64,000 nucleotides of DNA from the human T2T-CHM13v2.0 reference genome, Homo sapiens, in NCBI RefSeq assembly GCF_009914755.1, contig NC_060933.1, one strand, 5' to 3'. Below the pieces are notes generated by a model that worked only from the letters and a program-made list of their open reading frames with translations, searched no databases and was not told where the DNA came from. Made by a program: the position numbers and the translations under genes. Of the stretch, positions 1 to 14,162 are shown one piece after another; the first letter of the stretch is position 1, and every line of letters begins with the position of its first letter.

Positions 1-3000
1 AACTTTGGGCAGGACAGTGTTGCAATGGGCCATGCGGGTCCCATTTGAATAATATAAGATCAAAATCGTGTTGTTGCTTTATCTCAACATACAGTCTCTA
101 AGTTGAGGCTAAATGATAGTGGCACAACTCTGCTTTGCACTGAGCTAGGAAAGAATTTTGCATGATTTTCTCAAGGATGATAGAAAAGTGCAAAATATGT
201 CAGGATACAAATACCTCACCTAAGACTGGGTGCACAGGGTTAAGACAGAGTCTATGGAGAAATCAGAAAAATAATTGATTTGGGAAAATCTCAAGCAGGT
301 AGGAGTAAAAATCACAAGCAAAGTTTTTATATAGCTATTGCCAGCTATAGAAATAGGTGAACTATAAATTCTTCTGAATGTAGGTTTCCTAAGACAGCAG
401 AGATAAAAATATTTCTAAAAATCCTTATACAGAGAAAGTCACTCAAATGAATACTTCTTAAGGGAGTCGATGCATTCAGAGGAAGCATTTGCTGACTAAA
501 AGCCACATAATACACAGAGGTTGCATCCTGACAGGATACTTCTTAAGAGAATCCATTTGCGGCTCCAATATTCGGGGTCAGTAATTTCTCAGAGAAAGGT
601 TAATGGAAACAAAACAGAATTCAGCGCACATTTTCTCAACCAGTGTGCAGAAATATAGGCAAAAATACACCCTTAGCATATCCTCAGGCTATAAAATGCA
701 AAATTACTGCAACATTCTTTTTGATAGAGTTTGCAATCAATGCAATGGAGAACAAAGGGAGGTTAGATGGTGTGGGTGTGGGGAAGGTGCACATTTGTGT
801 GTGTGGTTGGGCAGATGAACTCAATGACCTCTGCCACTTCCAGCCTGAATTTGCAATGATTCCATGTTTGAAGGCAAAGAATATGGATGTGAATAAACCA
901 AGTGGTGGCTGGATAGAGCTGGAGAAATGTTCTCAGATAAACCTCCAGCCCCAGAAGCGGCTGTGAGAAATTTACACGTGTGTCACTGACTCACTAGAAT
1001 TAGAGAAAATTGATCAAGAATGAAGCCATAAAATGTGATGGCTGTGGTCAGACCTTCCTTCTTGTAAAGAGAGGGAAACTCGATCTGGGCAGCAGTATTC
1101 TAGAAAGGTTGAGACAGTGGGAGCCTGGTTTGGGTTTCAGGGTCTAGGGCAGCCATGTTCTCTGGAACATCAGAGACAGTGAGGATCCCAACAAAGCATG
1201 CAAAGGACTAAGCAAGAAAAGATGACAAGAGAGAGCCTAAATTCACCAAGACAAAGGAGCCGTGGAGGTCTGGAACAGGAGGAAGGAGTGAACATGAGGC
1301 TGAAGAGAATCCTACTAGAGGGGGATGGCAAGGTGAGCCCAGTTTAAATGACTCGAAAAATACACCATGTACGTAAGAGACCACACAGATATCCAAGAGT
1401 AGCCAGAGGAGGTATCATGTGTCCTTCATCCAAGGGTAGTAGGTGGTTCAGGCTGGTCATGGACGGCTTTCGTCAAGGCTTCACAACCTGCAAAGCTCAG
1501 GCTAAGTGTTCTGCATGCAACATGTTATTTAATCTTCACAGCAACCTTCCATCTTTATCAAATCCTCAGTTAGAAAAATAGTATTTATGGAGAATTGATG
1601 GGTTCTAAATTGTATCCTTCAATTAAATTAGACAATCAGAAAGCTACACTCCAAGAAAGTGTTTTGGGACGCATAATGCTCACTCTGCCCCCTCCATCTT
1701 AAACTCTTCTGACAGAATAGCATTGCGGTGTTACCTATCAGCTGCTGTAGGAAGCAGTCATGTGAAAAGTATCATTGGGTGTAATGTAAGGAAATTACTT
1801 ATCACCTTACACAATATCTCCTTCATAAGTTCCTAAAGGATATAATTCCTAGTCTTCATACTATATGGTACCTTTCCTAACACCTGGCTTGTTTTTCTGT
1901 TATGGACATTGGGTTATGCAACTGGTCCTGTTTCTCTATTTGCATTGACTGCTGGGAAGCTCCAGGCCAGATTTGTACCCCAACTTCATCCCATTCTTTT
2001 TTCTCTACTGTTTTAAATTTAAGCATGTTTTACCTTTTTTATCTTATAAAGTTTTGTACATTATTTAAAACACTTTTTGTACAGGCCATGTATAAATACA
2101 GAGATAAATACAAATGTACATTATCTAAAAGTGCTATGGCCAAATTTCAAAAACAGTACAGGCAGTAAGAGTTTCATGTACACTTAATTGAAATTAGTGA
2201 AATTCTTGTCCCTTGTTAACATTATGTCTTGTTAAAATTTATAAGTAACCCAGTTTTCCTGCTTCACATTTTTATTAAGGAAATTCATTTTCAACTTGCC
2301 AGAAACCTGAATTTCTTTATTCCTCTTAAGAGAAGGCAAGCCTTCTGATTTATGTGGAACAACTTCTCCATCTATTGGCACAATTTAATATTGCAAATAA
2401 TAAATCTCTTGAAATCAAATGTTTTCTTGTTAGTCTATGGAGAAGTTTTTCCCCCATTAAGCCTCTCAAAAAGTTTCCACTGTAATAATTAAATATATCT
2501 CCCTTGCATTAATCCCTTTGCCTTCAGGATTTAATAAACTTATAGATATTAAATTCATGCATATCACCAGGAAGTTTCCAGAAGCTTCCTGGATCACCAT
2601 CTCCACCTCCCAAGGGAAGCCAGGCCAAATTTTCCAAAATAAGATATAAAGTATGAAGCCATATTGTGCAAAGATTTAATCTAAAACAGCTTAGAATATG
2701 ATAATCATTTTAAATCATGTTTAAGGGCTGAGTGAAGTATTAGAAACACCAACATTTCAATCCTCACTTTGGAATAGCTTACAAGTAACAAAACATATGA
2801 GTATACAAAGGGCCAGTCAATTTTATAAGTATGTATTCGACTAATACTGAAAATTGAGACTGAACCAGTCTTGCCATTCCTCACCCAACAACAAATCCCT
2901 ACCTTCGAGGAACTAATTCTCTTCCTCTGACAAGGTAATCCTACCTTCTCTTAAACAAAACACATCATCCTTGAAATCTTTGAAACCATAAAATGTCTTC

Positions 3001-3419
3001 AAAATCCCCATGATGTTCCAATTTCTGTATGACTTTACACATCCATAGTAAATTCACTAATATGTACACCTCTTGTGTTATTACCCTGACCTGCACTTAA
3101 AACCCAACTCAAGTTACCTTTACCTTCATGACTTCATACGTAAATGAAAATAACAGTAATTCTTTTGTAGGATTGTGGTGAGGATTAAATAAGGTAATAT
3201 TTTTTAAAATACCTAGCACTTTGTAGACAATAAATGGCAGATTTTTAATAGTAATTGTAGTTGTAAAAAGAAGAAAAGGCTTTGTCATACTTCCCCATAA
3301 GTACCTTGAACTCTCAGTCCTTCTCATATGGAATGTCTGGCCTGAAGAAACAATTGAAGAGGACTTGAAAGCAGGGAGGTTCACAAATAGCAAGAAATAA
3401 TAAGGATCTTGATGAAGAC

Positions 3420-3625
3420 TATGAAGCTTCCAACAGGAAGAGGAAGCAAATTTTAAGAAGCAGGTCCCCTCTTCCTCCTCCAGTCTCCCAGTCTCCCTCT
3501 AGTGCCCCCACTGGGGGAGACTTGCAAGGAGCAGCCAGCGAAGCAGAAATGAAGAGCGCTGAGTCCCAGCCACTGCAACACAAGGCAGAGGGTAGAAGGA
3601 CTGCCTTGGAGCTGAGCAATAACAG
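3420..3625 (-). mobile_element. LTR33-like ERVL LTR fragment
   Basis: Reverse-complement similarity to the element at 14195-14615; motif GCAGAAAT..GAGTCCCAG..GCAGAGGGTAGAAGG..GGAGCTGAG recalled as LTR33. Confidence 0.5.
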
Positions 3626-4221
3626 CTTTTCACTGAACGGACCAGTAAAAAGTTCCTGGAGTCTGGTTTTGGGTCTTGCAAGGAAGGAAGCTTAGAAGTC
3701 ACCACTGTCTCCTAAAGAGTAAAAAAGCTAGCAACTCTTCTTAGGTCTGTCAGAGAAATGAAGTCACAGGGCCGACCATTGCCCCAAAAATTGGAGGGAC
3801 AGGCAGGAAGATACAGAGAATCACATGTCACTAGAGCAGAAACCTGCCAGCTGCAGCCTCCATGGGAAGCAGTGACAGGGCAGGAAACCTGAACTGGAAT
3901 TGATGAACTGTGGGAGGCTCAGTTTGGGCAAGTCTGAGAGTTAAAAAATTCAGTGGAAACCAGTCAAGGGGTGTCACATATTTTTATGGGTTTTACCTCC
4001 AAGAGCCTTGCCAGATCCTCACAGTAAATATGGGAGAAAAATTTCCTCTTGCTTCCTGCAGGAGGAGGGGGAAAGTCACCACTTGAAATAGACCAGAGCA
4101 TCTGTTCTTAGCAAAGCCTGCCTTCAGAAGAAACTATTATACCACAGCCTGACCTGCTATGGGTCTATCAGCACCTTAATCTACTTGGGGAAAGGAAATG
4201 CCAAACTCCAGCCCCCTCTAG

Positions 4222-4362
4222 TTTTATATATACATATTATATAATATTATATCTATTATTATATATATAATATATAATATATATAATATAATATATAATA
4301 TATATAATATAATATATAATATATATATTAGAATATATAAAATATATAATAATATATATATT
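4222..4362. repeat. (TA)n-like low-complexity tract at the end of the MLT2A LTR
   Basis: Nearly pure A/T degenerate ATATAATAT repeats. Confidence 0.9.
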
Positions 4363-4733
4363 AGTATTAACTTACATGATCACAAGGTCCCCACAATAGG
4401 CTGTCTGCAAGCTTGAGGAGCAGGGAGAGCCAGTCTGAGTCTCAAAACTGAAGAACTTGGAGTCTGATATTTGAGGGCAGGAAGCATACAGTACAGGAGA
4501 AAGATGTAGGGCCGGGAGGCTAGGCCAGTCTCGCGTTTTCATGTTTTTCTGCCTGCTTTAGATTCACTGGCAGCTGATTAGATTGTGCCTACCAGATTAA
4601 AAGTGGATCTGCCTTCCCCAGTGCACTGACTAAAATGTTAATCTCTTTTGTCAACACCCTCACAGACATACCCAGGATCAATACTTTGTATCCTTCAATC
4701 CAATCAAGTTGACACTCAGTATTAACCATCATA
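4363..4733 (-). mobile_element. MLT2A-type LTR (3' LTR of HERV-L), truncated
   Basis: Typical MLT2A text (..CAATCCAATCAAGTTGACACTCAGTATTAACCATCA) followed by the complement of the polypurine tract AGTCCACCCCTT. Confidence 0.85.
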
Positions 4734-6700
4734 AGTCCACCCCTTGTCAACTTGAACCCATACACATCTCCTGAGATCATACATAATCTTCAAATAAAGA
4801 TAATAATAAGGTTATAATTACACCTAACGTAATACAACTATCCTTCATACAACCAGAAATGCACCAATCCCCAAACCAAATACTATTACATAAAGTTAGC
4901 AATATTTAAATGCTGATATGAAGTCAATAAATCTTATGTCACATATAAAGGAAAAGGAAATACAGATATTTTCTTAGTACAAGTGTATACATGCACAAAC
5001 ATGTTTTTAGCAAAAGAAGGAGGAAATACTCATGATAATTACAGTCCCCATTTCTGCAGCTGGTCATGTGGTCGTAACTGGTATTGATGACTACCTTCTT
5101 CTACTACTCATTCTGTATTCCCTTTGCCTTCAGCAACCACCTCAGCGTCAGCAGGTTGTGGTTTTTTTCCTGGTGGAGTGACCCAAACCTTAATTCCTGA
5201 AGGGTCTGAGCCATTTGTAGTCCTGGCTGGATTGGGCTGATGTAATTTCCCAATGACCTTAATCACAGGGCATAGTAATACTAAGAGACGTCCTAATGGA
5301 TCTCCTGTATTCCATGCATACTTTCTTACCTCCGTTGTGGAGTAGTAGACTGATTTCATCTTGATGGTCCAGGTCAATCACCCCAGCCAACACTATAACT
5401 CCCTTCTTAGCCTGTTGACTTAGGAGGTGCCCCAAGTGTCCAGGTGGCAATCTTAACTTCCAGTTTAATTGAATCGTTGTTGTGTCTCCTGGTGGCAGTG
5501 TTCCTCCCTCTTGAACTAAGACTTCTAGGCCTGCAGAACATAATGCCATGGGAACAGGAAGCAAAATTTTTGCTAGTGGATCACTGGGGGTGACAGTGAG
5601 TGGTGCCAATTCCACTTCCACTTCCACCCCTTGATTCCTGGACCCATGAAACCTGGCTATGGGAGAAACAATACCATATATTGGACTCCAATTCAGAGCA
5701 TACATGGCCTTCTGGAGAACTTTGCCCCCACCCTGCAAAGTATTGTCACCTAGTTGGCATTGTAATTGTGACTTCAAAAGGCCATTCCACCATTCTATCA
5801 ATCCAGCTGCTTCAAGATGATGGAGAACATGGTAAGACCAGTGAATTCCATAAGCATGAGCCCACTGCCACACTTCTTTAGCCTTAAAGTGAGTGCCTTG
5901 GTGAGAGACAATGCTGTGTGCAATACCATGATGGTGGATAAGGCATTCCATAAGTCCACAGGTGGTAGTCTTGGCAGAAGCATTGCATGCAGGATAGGCA
6001 AACCCATATCTGGAGTAAGTGTCTATTCCACTGAGGACAAACCTCTGCCCTTTCCATGATAGAAGAGGTCTAACATAATCAACCTGCCACCAGGTAGCTG
6101 GCTGATCACCCTGAGGAATGGTGTCATATCGAGGGCTCAGTGTTGATCTCCATGGCTGGCAAATTGGGCCCTCAGGAGTGGCTGTAGCCAGGTCAGCCTT
6201 AGTGAGTCGAATTCCATGTTGCTGAGCTCATGTGTAACCTCCATCCCTACCACCATGGCCACTTTGCTCATGGGCCCATTGGGCGATGACAGAGGTGACT
6301 GGGGAAAGAGGCTGAGTGGTGTCCACAGAATGGGTCATCCTATCCACTTGATTATTAAACTCCTCCTCTGCTGAGGTCACCCGCTGGTGAGCACTCACAT
6401 GGAATACAAATATCTTCATGGTTTTTGACCACTCAGAGAGGTCCATCCACATACCTCTTCCCCAAATTTCGTTGTCACCAATTTTCCAATCATGCTTCTT
6501 CCAAGTCCCTGACCATCCAGACAAACCATTGGCTACAGCCCATGAATCAGTATATAATCGCACATCTGGCCATTTCTCCTTCCATGAAAAGTGCACAACC
6601 AAGTGCACTGCTCAAGTTCCACCCACTGGGAGGATTTCCCTTCACTGCTGTCCTTCAGGGATATCTTAGAAAGGGGCTGTAGTGCTGCAGCTGTCCACTT
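4734..6700 (-). mobile_element. HERV-L internal region, 3' part of pol: RNase H, integrase, dUTPase (defective)
   Basis: ORF 6228-6608 has the RNase H motif LYTDSWAVANGLSGWSGTW and the start of the integrase HHCC region (WAHEQSGHGGRD). ORF 5259-5951 has the integrase core (SHQGTHF in place of SDQGTHF; GLIEWWNGLLK) fused to dUTPase (LPPGDTT..KLRLPPGH..AGVID). Frames are broken. Confidence 0.92.
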
Positions 6701-6886
6701 AAAAAGTCATCAGAAATTTTACATAAGAAGAAATCTTAATGACTAATAAGCCTGTAAAAATAATTTTTTGCTTCATAAATACTAAAAAATATTTTGGGAC
6801 TCTGTTTTTAACAGTTGTATTGGATGACAATTAATGCACAATATGCCGTATACATTGAAACTATAATTGTATGAGTTTCAGCATGT

Positions 6887-7180
6887 GGCTGGGCGTGATT
6901 GCTCACGCCTGTAATCCTAACAGTTTGGGAGGCTGAGTCAGGTGTATCACTTGAGGCCAGGAGTTCGAGACCAGCCTGGCCAACATAGTGAACCCATCTC
7001 TACTAAAAATACAAAAATTAAACGGGCTTGGTGGTGTGCACCTGTAATTCCAGCTACTCAGGAGGCTGAGACAGGAGAATCACTTGAACCCAGGAGGCAA
7101 AGGTTACAGTAGCTGAGATTGCACCACTGCACTCCAGGCTGGGTGGCAGAGTGAGACTCTGTCTCAAAAAAAAAAAAAAA
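6887..7180 (+). mobile_element. Alu (AluS-like)
   Basis: Dimeric Alu with A-rich linker and poly(A) tail. Confidence 0.95.
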
Positions 7181-8486
7181 GTGCACATACCCGTGAAAGC
7201 GTCATCACAACAAAGGTAATGAGGTAATGGGAGTATCCATCACCCTAAAAGTTTCCTCATGTGCCCTTGTAATCTATCCTTCTGTCACACTCTTGTCCCC
7301 CAATTACCAAGACAGCCACTGATCTGTTAACTACAGCTTTGTTTGCATTTCCCAGAATTCTGTATAAATGATATCATACAGTAGGTATTCATTTTTAGTC
7401 TAACTTTTTTCACTCTGCATAATTATTTTGAAATCCATCCATGTTGTTGCATGTATGAATAGTTCATTCCTTTTCATTGCCAAGTACTATTCCATTGCAT
7501 GGCCATATCACAATTCTCAATCCATTCATCTATTAATGGGCACTTGGGTTTTTTACAGCTTTTGGATATTACAAATAAAGCTGCTATGAACATTCATGTA
7601 CAAGCTTTTTATGCACATATGCTTTCATTTCTGTTAGGTAAATACCTAGAAGTGGAATGGCTGGGTTGTATGGCTGTATATTTAAGAGGTGCCAGTTTTC
7701 CAAAGTGCTGTACCTTTATGCATTCCCACCAGGGGTGTATCATAAACCACTTCCACCTCATGCTCACCAAAACATGGTATGGTTAGTTTGTTAAATATCA
7801 GCCATTCTAGTGACTGTGTTGTGATACTCAGAATTTTAATTTGCATTTTCCCAATGATTAATAATGTTGTCATGTGATTATTTGTCTCATATATTTTCTT
7901 ATGTAATTATTTGTCATCTGTCTATCTTCTTTAGTGAAAAGTGTATTCAAATCTGCCCATTTTTTAATTGAGTCATTTGTCTCATTATTGAGTTGAAAGA
8001 GTTCTTAATCTATTCTAGATACAAGTCCCTTGTCAGATATAAGTTTTGCAAATATTTTCTCATAATCTGTGGCTTGCCATTTTATTTTTATAACTGAGTA
8101 AAAGTTTTACTTTTGATGAAATTCAATTTATCAATTTTTTTCTTTTATGATTTATGCTTTTAGTTGAATCTAAGAATTATATACCCAACATATTTTCTCC
8201 CATGTCTTCTTCTAGATGTCTTGTAGTTTTTTATTTTAGACTTAGGGATATGATCTATTTTGAGTTAATATTTTACTGTGTTGCGAGGTATGGGTCAAAG
8301 CTGATTTTCTTATATATGGATATCTAGTCGTTCCTTTTTTTCCACTGAATTCCAATTGTACCTTTGATGAAAATCAATTGACTATTTATATACATGTCTA
8401 TTTCCATGCTGTCTGTTCTCTTGCATTGATCTACGTGTCTTTTCTTTTGCCAATACCACACTGTCTTAATATAGTTTTACAGTAAG

Positions 8487-8841
8487 TGTATTAGTCTGTT
8501 CTCACGCTGCTAATAAAGACATACCTGAGACTGGGTAATTTATAAAGGAAAGATGTTTAATTCACTCACAGTTCCACATGGCTGGGGAAGCCTCACAATG
8601 GTGGAAGGTGAAGGAGGAGTAAAGGCACATCTCACATGGCGACAAGCAAGAAAGCGTTTGCAGGAAACTCCCCTTTATAAAACCATCAGATCTCATGAGA
8701 CTTACCATCACGAGAACTGCATGGGAAAGACCCACCCTATGACTCAATTATCTCCCACCAGGTCCCTCCCACAACACATGGGAATTATATGAGCTACAAT
8801 TCAAGATGAGATTTGGGTGGGGACAGAACCAAACCATATCA
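8487..8841 (-). mobile_element. THE1 (MaLR) solo LTR
   Basis: TGTATTAG...CCATATCA termini; exact 5-bp TSD GTAAG at 8482-8486 and 8842-8846. Confidence 0.92.
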
Positions 8842-9187
8842 GTAAGTTTTGATATCAGGCAGAATGAATGCTTCAGCTTGGTTCTTTTTCAAAATTGTTA
8901 TAGCTATTCTATTTCATTTGCCTTTCCATATAAATTTTAGAACCAGTTGTCAGTTTCTACAAAAAATTTTCCTAGGATTTTGATTGAAATTGCATTGATT
9001 CTACAGTTCAAATTGGAAAGAATTGACAATGTTGAGACTTCAAATTCATAACACTCTCCCTCAATAAATAAATAAACATCTCCATTATTTATCTCTTTTT
9101 TGATTTCTTTCATTACTGTTTTACAGTTTTCAGCATATAAATACCACACTTTTTGAGATTTACCTTAAGTATTGTGTAATTTTGTAA

Positions 9188-9537
<350 letters not shown>

Positions 9538-9939
9538 CAATTTAATTTTATACGTGAACTTTGCATCCTGCAACCCTGCTTAATTTAGTTGTTAGTTCCA
9601 CTAACCTTTTTGTAAATTCTTAGAGATTTTTTGCATTATTGTTTATGTCATGTGCAAAGAGAATACAGTTTTATTTATTTCTTTCCAATTTTTGTCCTTT
9701 TTCCTGGCTTATTTTACTGTGTTGGACCTAGAAGAAAGTTGAATAGGAGTGATGACAGTGGATATCCTTGCCTAGTTTCAGTCTTTCATCATTAAGTTTG
9801 TTATTAGCCATAAGTTTATTGTAGAAGCCCTTTTTCAGACTGAGGATGTTTCCTGCTGTTCCTAGTTTGCTAAAGCTTTTTATTAGAATGGATGTTGAGT
9901 TTTGTCAGATTCTTTTTCTGCATTTATTGAAGTAATTAG

Positions 9940-10243
<304 letters not shown>

Positions 10244-11721
10244 ATAGTTTGTCTTTGTTAGTCTGTTGATATAGTGAAATGCTGGTTGATTTTTCAATTG
10301 TTGAGTTGGCCTTGCTTTCCTGAGATAAACCTCTTTGTTCATTATATACTGTCCTATATTGATAGATTAAATTGGCTAATATTTTGTCCAGGACTTAACT
10401 GTTCTGGATATTTCATAAATGGAATCACAAAATATATAGTCCTTTGTGACTGGCTTGTTTCACTTAACATGATGTTTTCAAGGTGCATTCATGGTATAGC
10501 ATGTAGCAGTACTTTATTCCTTTTTATTGCCAAAAAATATTCATTATATGGATATGCCACATTTATCCATTCATCTGTTAGTGGGAGTTTGAGTTGTTTA
10601 TACTTTTTGGCCATTATAAATAATGCTGGTATTAACATTCATGTACAAATGTTTGTATGTGCACGTTTTCATTTGTCTGATTTCAAATATAATTTCAATT
10701 ATGGCTACATCAAGCATATTTGAGTCTTATAATTTTATTTACAAATTCGTATTCAAAAAATATAAATATTTAATGAGTATCAATTATCGATTTATCCCAT
10801 CAAGTTAACAAAAAACCAATAATAATATCCAGAGTTGTGAAGGATTCTGAAAGACAGCTACTCTGTCCCAGCTGGTGAAAATTTAAACTGATAAAAGTTT
10901 TCTGGAGGGCAATTTGAGTAGCTAAAAACCAGGGGCTATCAGTGGTTAAATAAAGACAATGCAATAATACTAAAATCATGTTTTTAATTAACTTTCGGTG
11001 ACCTGAGAAAAGTTTTTGATGTTATATTTTGAAAATGCAACATATAAAACTACCAACTGTGTGTTCCCCACTTACCGAGTTAGGACAGAGACTGATAGAA
11101 CTAAATTTATACAGTGATACATCACCCGTGGGTGGTAGGACTATGGGTAGTTTTCAGTGGTGGATATGTATGTGTGCACGTGTGTATTTTCAAAGTTTTT
11201 GCAGTGAACATGTTTTACTTTAAAATGATAATGAATGTGATGTATGGAACTGTTCTTAATTTCACCTCTTTAAAAATCACTTTTATATTTTACAACACAA
11301 CAACAAATATTTCCTTCAGGAATGCCTCATTTTGCTTCTCCAAAAGTTGCAAAACATCTTAGATAATGAGCAGTTTATTTGCAGTAATAATGTATTGGCT
11401 GTACTTGGGGAACTAGCTCACTGAACTTTTCCCTGTGGCAATACAAAAATGTCATACACAGAGGCATTATGGTGTTTATGCTAACTATGGCATTTTACAC
11501 ACCAGGGCTCATTATTATTCCCATTAATTTTGTGATTGTTAATAGCACTGCTATTAATATGATGACTTAACCTTTACAGATTTCAATCAAACATTTCTAA
11601 ACTCAATAGAGAATGTGTCTAGAATGTAAGGAGATGTGTCTCTGAGTGGTGTTCCCCAGCAGGGAGCATATTTTCATATTCAATATATTTTAACTACTGT
11701 GATGCCTAGCTAATATTTTAT

Positions 11722-12535
11722 TTATATTAGAGTAATATAAATAATTATTTATATTAGAGTAATATAATTACTCTAATAAATAGAGTAATTTATATTAGAG
11801 TAATATAAATAATTATTTATATTAGAGTAATATAAATAATTATTTATATTAGAGTAATATAAATAATTATTTATATTAGAGTAATATAAATAATATTTAT
11901 ATTAGAGTAATATAAATAATTATTTATATTAGAGTAATATAAATAATTATTTATATTAGAGTAATATAAATAATTATTTATATTAGAGTAATATAAATAA
12001 TTATTTATATTAGAGTAATATAAATAATTATTTATATTAGAGTAATATAAATAATTATTTATATTAGAGTAATATAAATAATTATTTATATTAGAGTAAT
12101 ATAAATAATTATTTATATTAGAGTAATATAAATAATTATTTATATTAGAGTAATATAAATAATTATTTATATTAGAGTAATATAAATAATTATTTATATT
12201 AGAGTAATATAAATAATTATTTATATTAGAGTAATATAATTACTCTAATAAATAATTAGAGTAATTTATATTAGAGTAATATAAATAATTATTTATATTA
12301 GAGTAATATAAATAATTATTTATATTATATTATAATATAATATATATAATTATATTATAACATAATATAATATAAATAATTATTTATATTATAACATAAT
12401 ATAAATAATTATATAAATGATAATTATATATAAATGATTATTATATATAATAATTATTTAATAATTATTATTTAATAAGTAATATGAATAATTATATATA
12501 TTATTCTAATGTAAATAATTATTTATATTATTATA
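11722..12535. repeat. 27-bp AT-rich minisatellite (GAG + TAATATAAATAATTATTTATATTA), ~19 full units plus 2 variant units, then a degenerate AT tail
   Basis: GAG recurs at 27-bp spacing (e.g. 11905, 11932, 11959 ... 12229). Confidence 0.97.
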
Positions 12536-13414
12536 TACCCCATGATCCAGCAATACCACTACTATATATCTAAAGGAAATGAAATCAGGATCTCAAAGAG
12601 ATGTCTACACCCGTTCATTCATTGCAACATTATTCACAATAGCCAAGATAAAGAATCAACTTAATCAATTCTTTAGAATTCTAATATAAATAAAAATTAG
12701 AAAAGTAAATGTTTTCTAAAAAGAATATCGGATTCAGGAAACTAGAGATAAGAAACAATTACTTCATTAGTAAAGGTATAAAAATTTGAAATGACAAACC
12801 AACTTTTGCAAAAAATATTTATGAATGTCAAAAGTACATATTAAATGGAAACAACCTATGGGGGTATTTTCTACATGTTGATTTTTGTAGTTAATCTTAA
12901 AATAAGCAAAGAATAAGAACTTTTTAACAAGGAGCCTCATTTTATACCAAAAGTTGTTCTAGGCTTAAATCTGAGTGAAACAAACTATAAAATTCAAAAA
13001 GATAAAAATACAGAAGTTTCTCTACTTCAATTGTTGGGAACAGAGCAAGGCTCCCCCGAAAGTATATCACTGTTGCTAACAGATGGTTTAAGCTACCTTG
13101 CACCATCATTTATCCTTGGTCATAGAGTTGTTCATTAGTCTGTGTCAGCTGTATTTCTGTATAGTTGTGAAGTGTTTTACAAGCATTATTAATGCCATTA
13201 TATATGATAAGCATAAAAGCAGTGAGCGCTATTATAATTTCCATCATTTTCTATTCTGTGGAACTGTTTACAAGGCATGATAAATAACTGTTGTTTAAAG
13301 GAAACATCTAATGGCAAAAATCTAACTGCTTAACAAAACATTCTGTTGCTAAGGACGTAGTGAAACAGGCACTCCCACACTTAGTGATGGGCATGCATGA
13401 TTATACCACCACAT

Positions 13415-14162
13415 CATGGAGAAAAGAAAACCTTTGTACACTGTTGGTGGAAATATAAATCTGCATAGCCATTGTAGAAAATGGTATGACGGTTTCTCAA
13501 AAAACTAAAAATAGAACTACCCCATGATCCAGCAATCCCACTACTATATATCCGAAGGAAATGAAATCAGGATCTCAAAGAGATATCTACACCCTTTCAT
13601 TCATTGCAACATTATTCACAATAGCCAAGATAAAGAATCAACTTAAGTGCTCATCGGTGGAAAAATGGATAAAGAAAATGTGGTGTATATACACCATGGA
13701 ATACTATTCAGTCTTAAAAAAAAGAAGAAAATGCCGTCACTTGGAACAACATGGATAAACCTTGAGGATATTACATTAAGTGAAATAAGCCAGGCACAGA
13801 AAGATAAATGCTGCATGATCTCAGTTATATGTGGAATCCAAAAAAGTTGAACTAATGGAAAGAGAGTATAATGATGGTTACCAGGGGGCTGGGAAGATAT
13901 TGGTCAAAGGATGCCAAATTTCAGTTAGAAAGAATAAGTTCAAGAGACCTATTACACATCATGGTGACTACAGGTAATAACAATGTATTATACATCTGAA
14001 AATTTCTAAGAGAGTGACATTAAACATTCTTACCACAAAAAAAGTATGTGTAGTAATGCCTAAATAGCTTGATTTAGCCATTCCACAATGTATACATATA
14101 TGAAAACATCATTTGTACACCATAAATTTACACAATTTTTACTTGTCACTTGAAAAATAATA
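13415..14162 (+). mobile_element. L1MA-type 3' end
   Basis: ORF2 C-terminal remnant (FIATLFTIAK..KWIKKMWCIYTMEYYS) and L1MA-type 3'UTR ending in an A-rich tail. Confidence 0.88.

Noticed and set aside
1-3100. Apparently unique sequence with short ORFs
   Set aside because: No recognisable domains, splice structure or RNA gene; cannot be assigned without a search
5259-5951. 230-aa ORF as a domesticated integrase/dUTPase gene
   Set aside because: Catalytic Asp replaced, N-terminal domain in other frames, frameshifted C-terminus; ordinary HERV-L decay
11722-12330. Palindromic repeat array superficially like a CRISPR
   Set aside because: The spacer is an invariant GAG, there are no unique spacers or cas genes, and the context is mammalian
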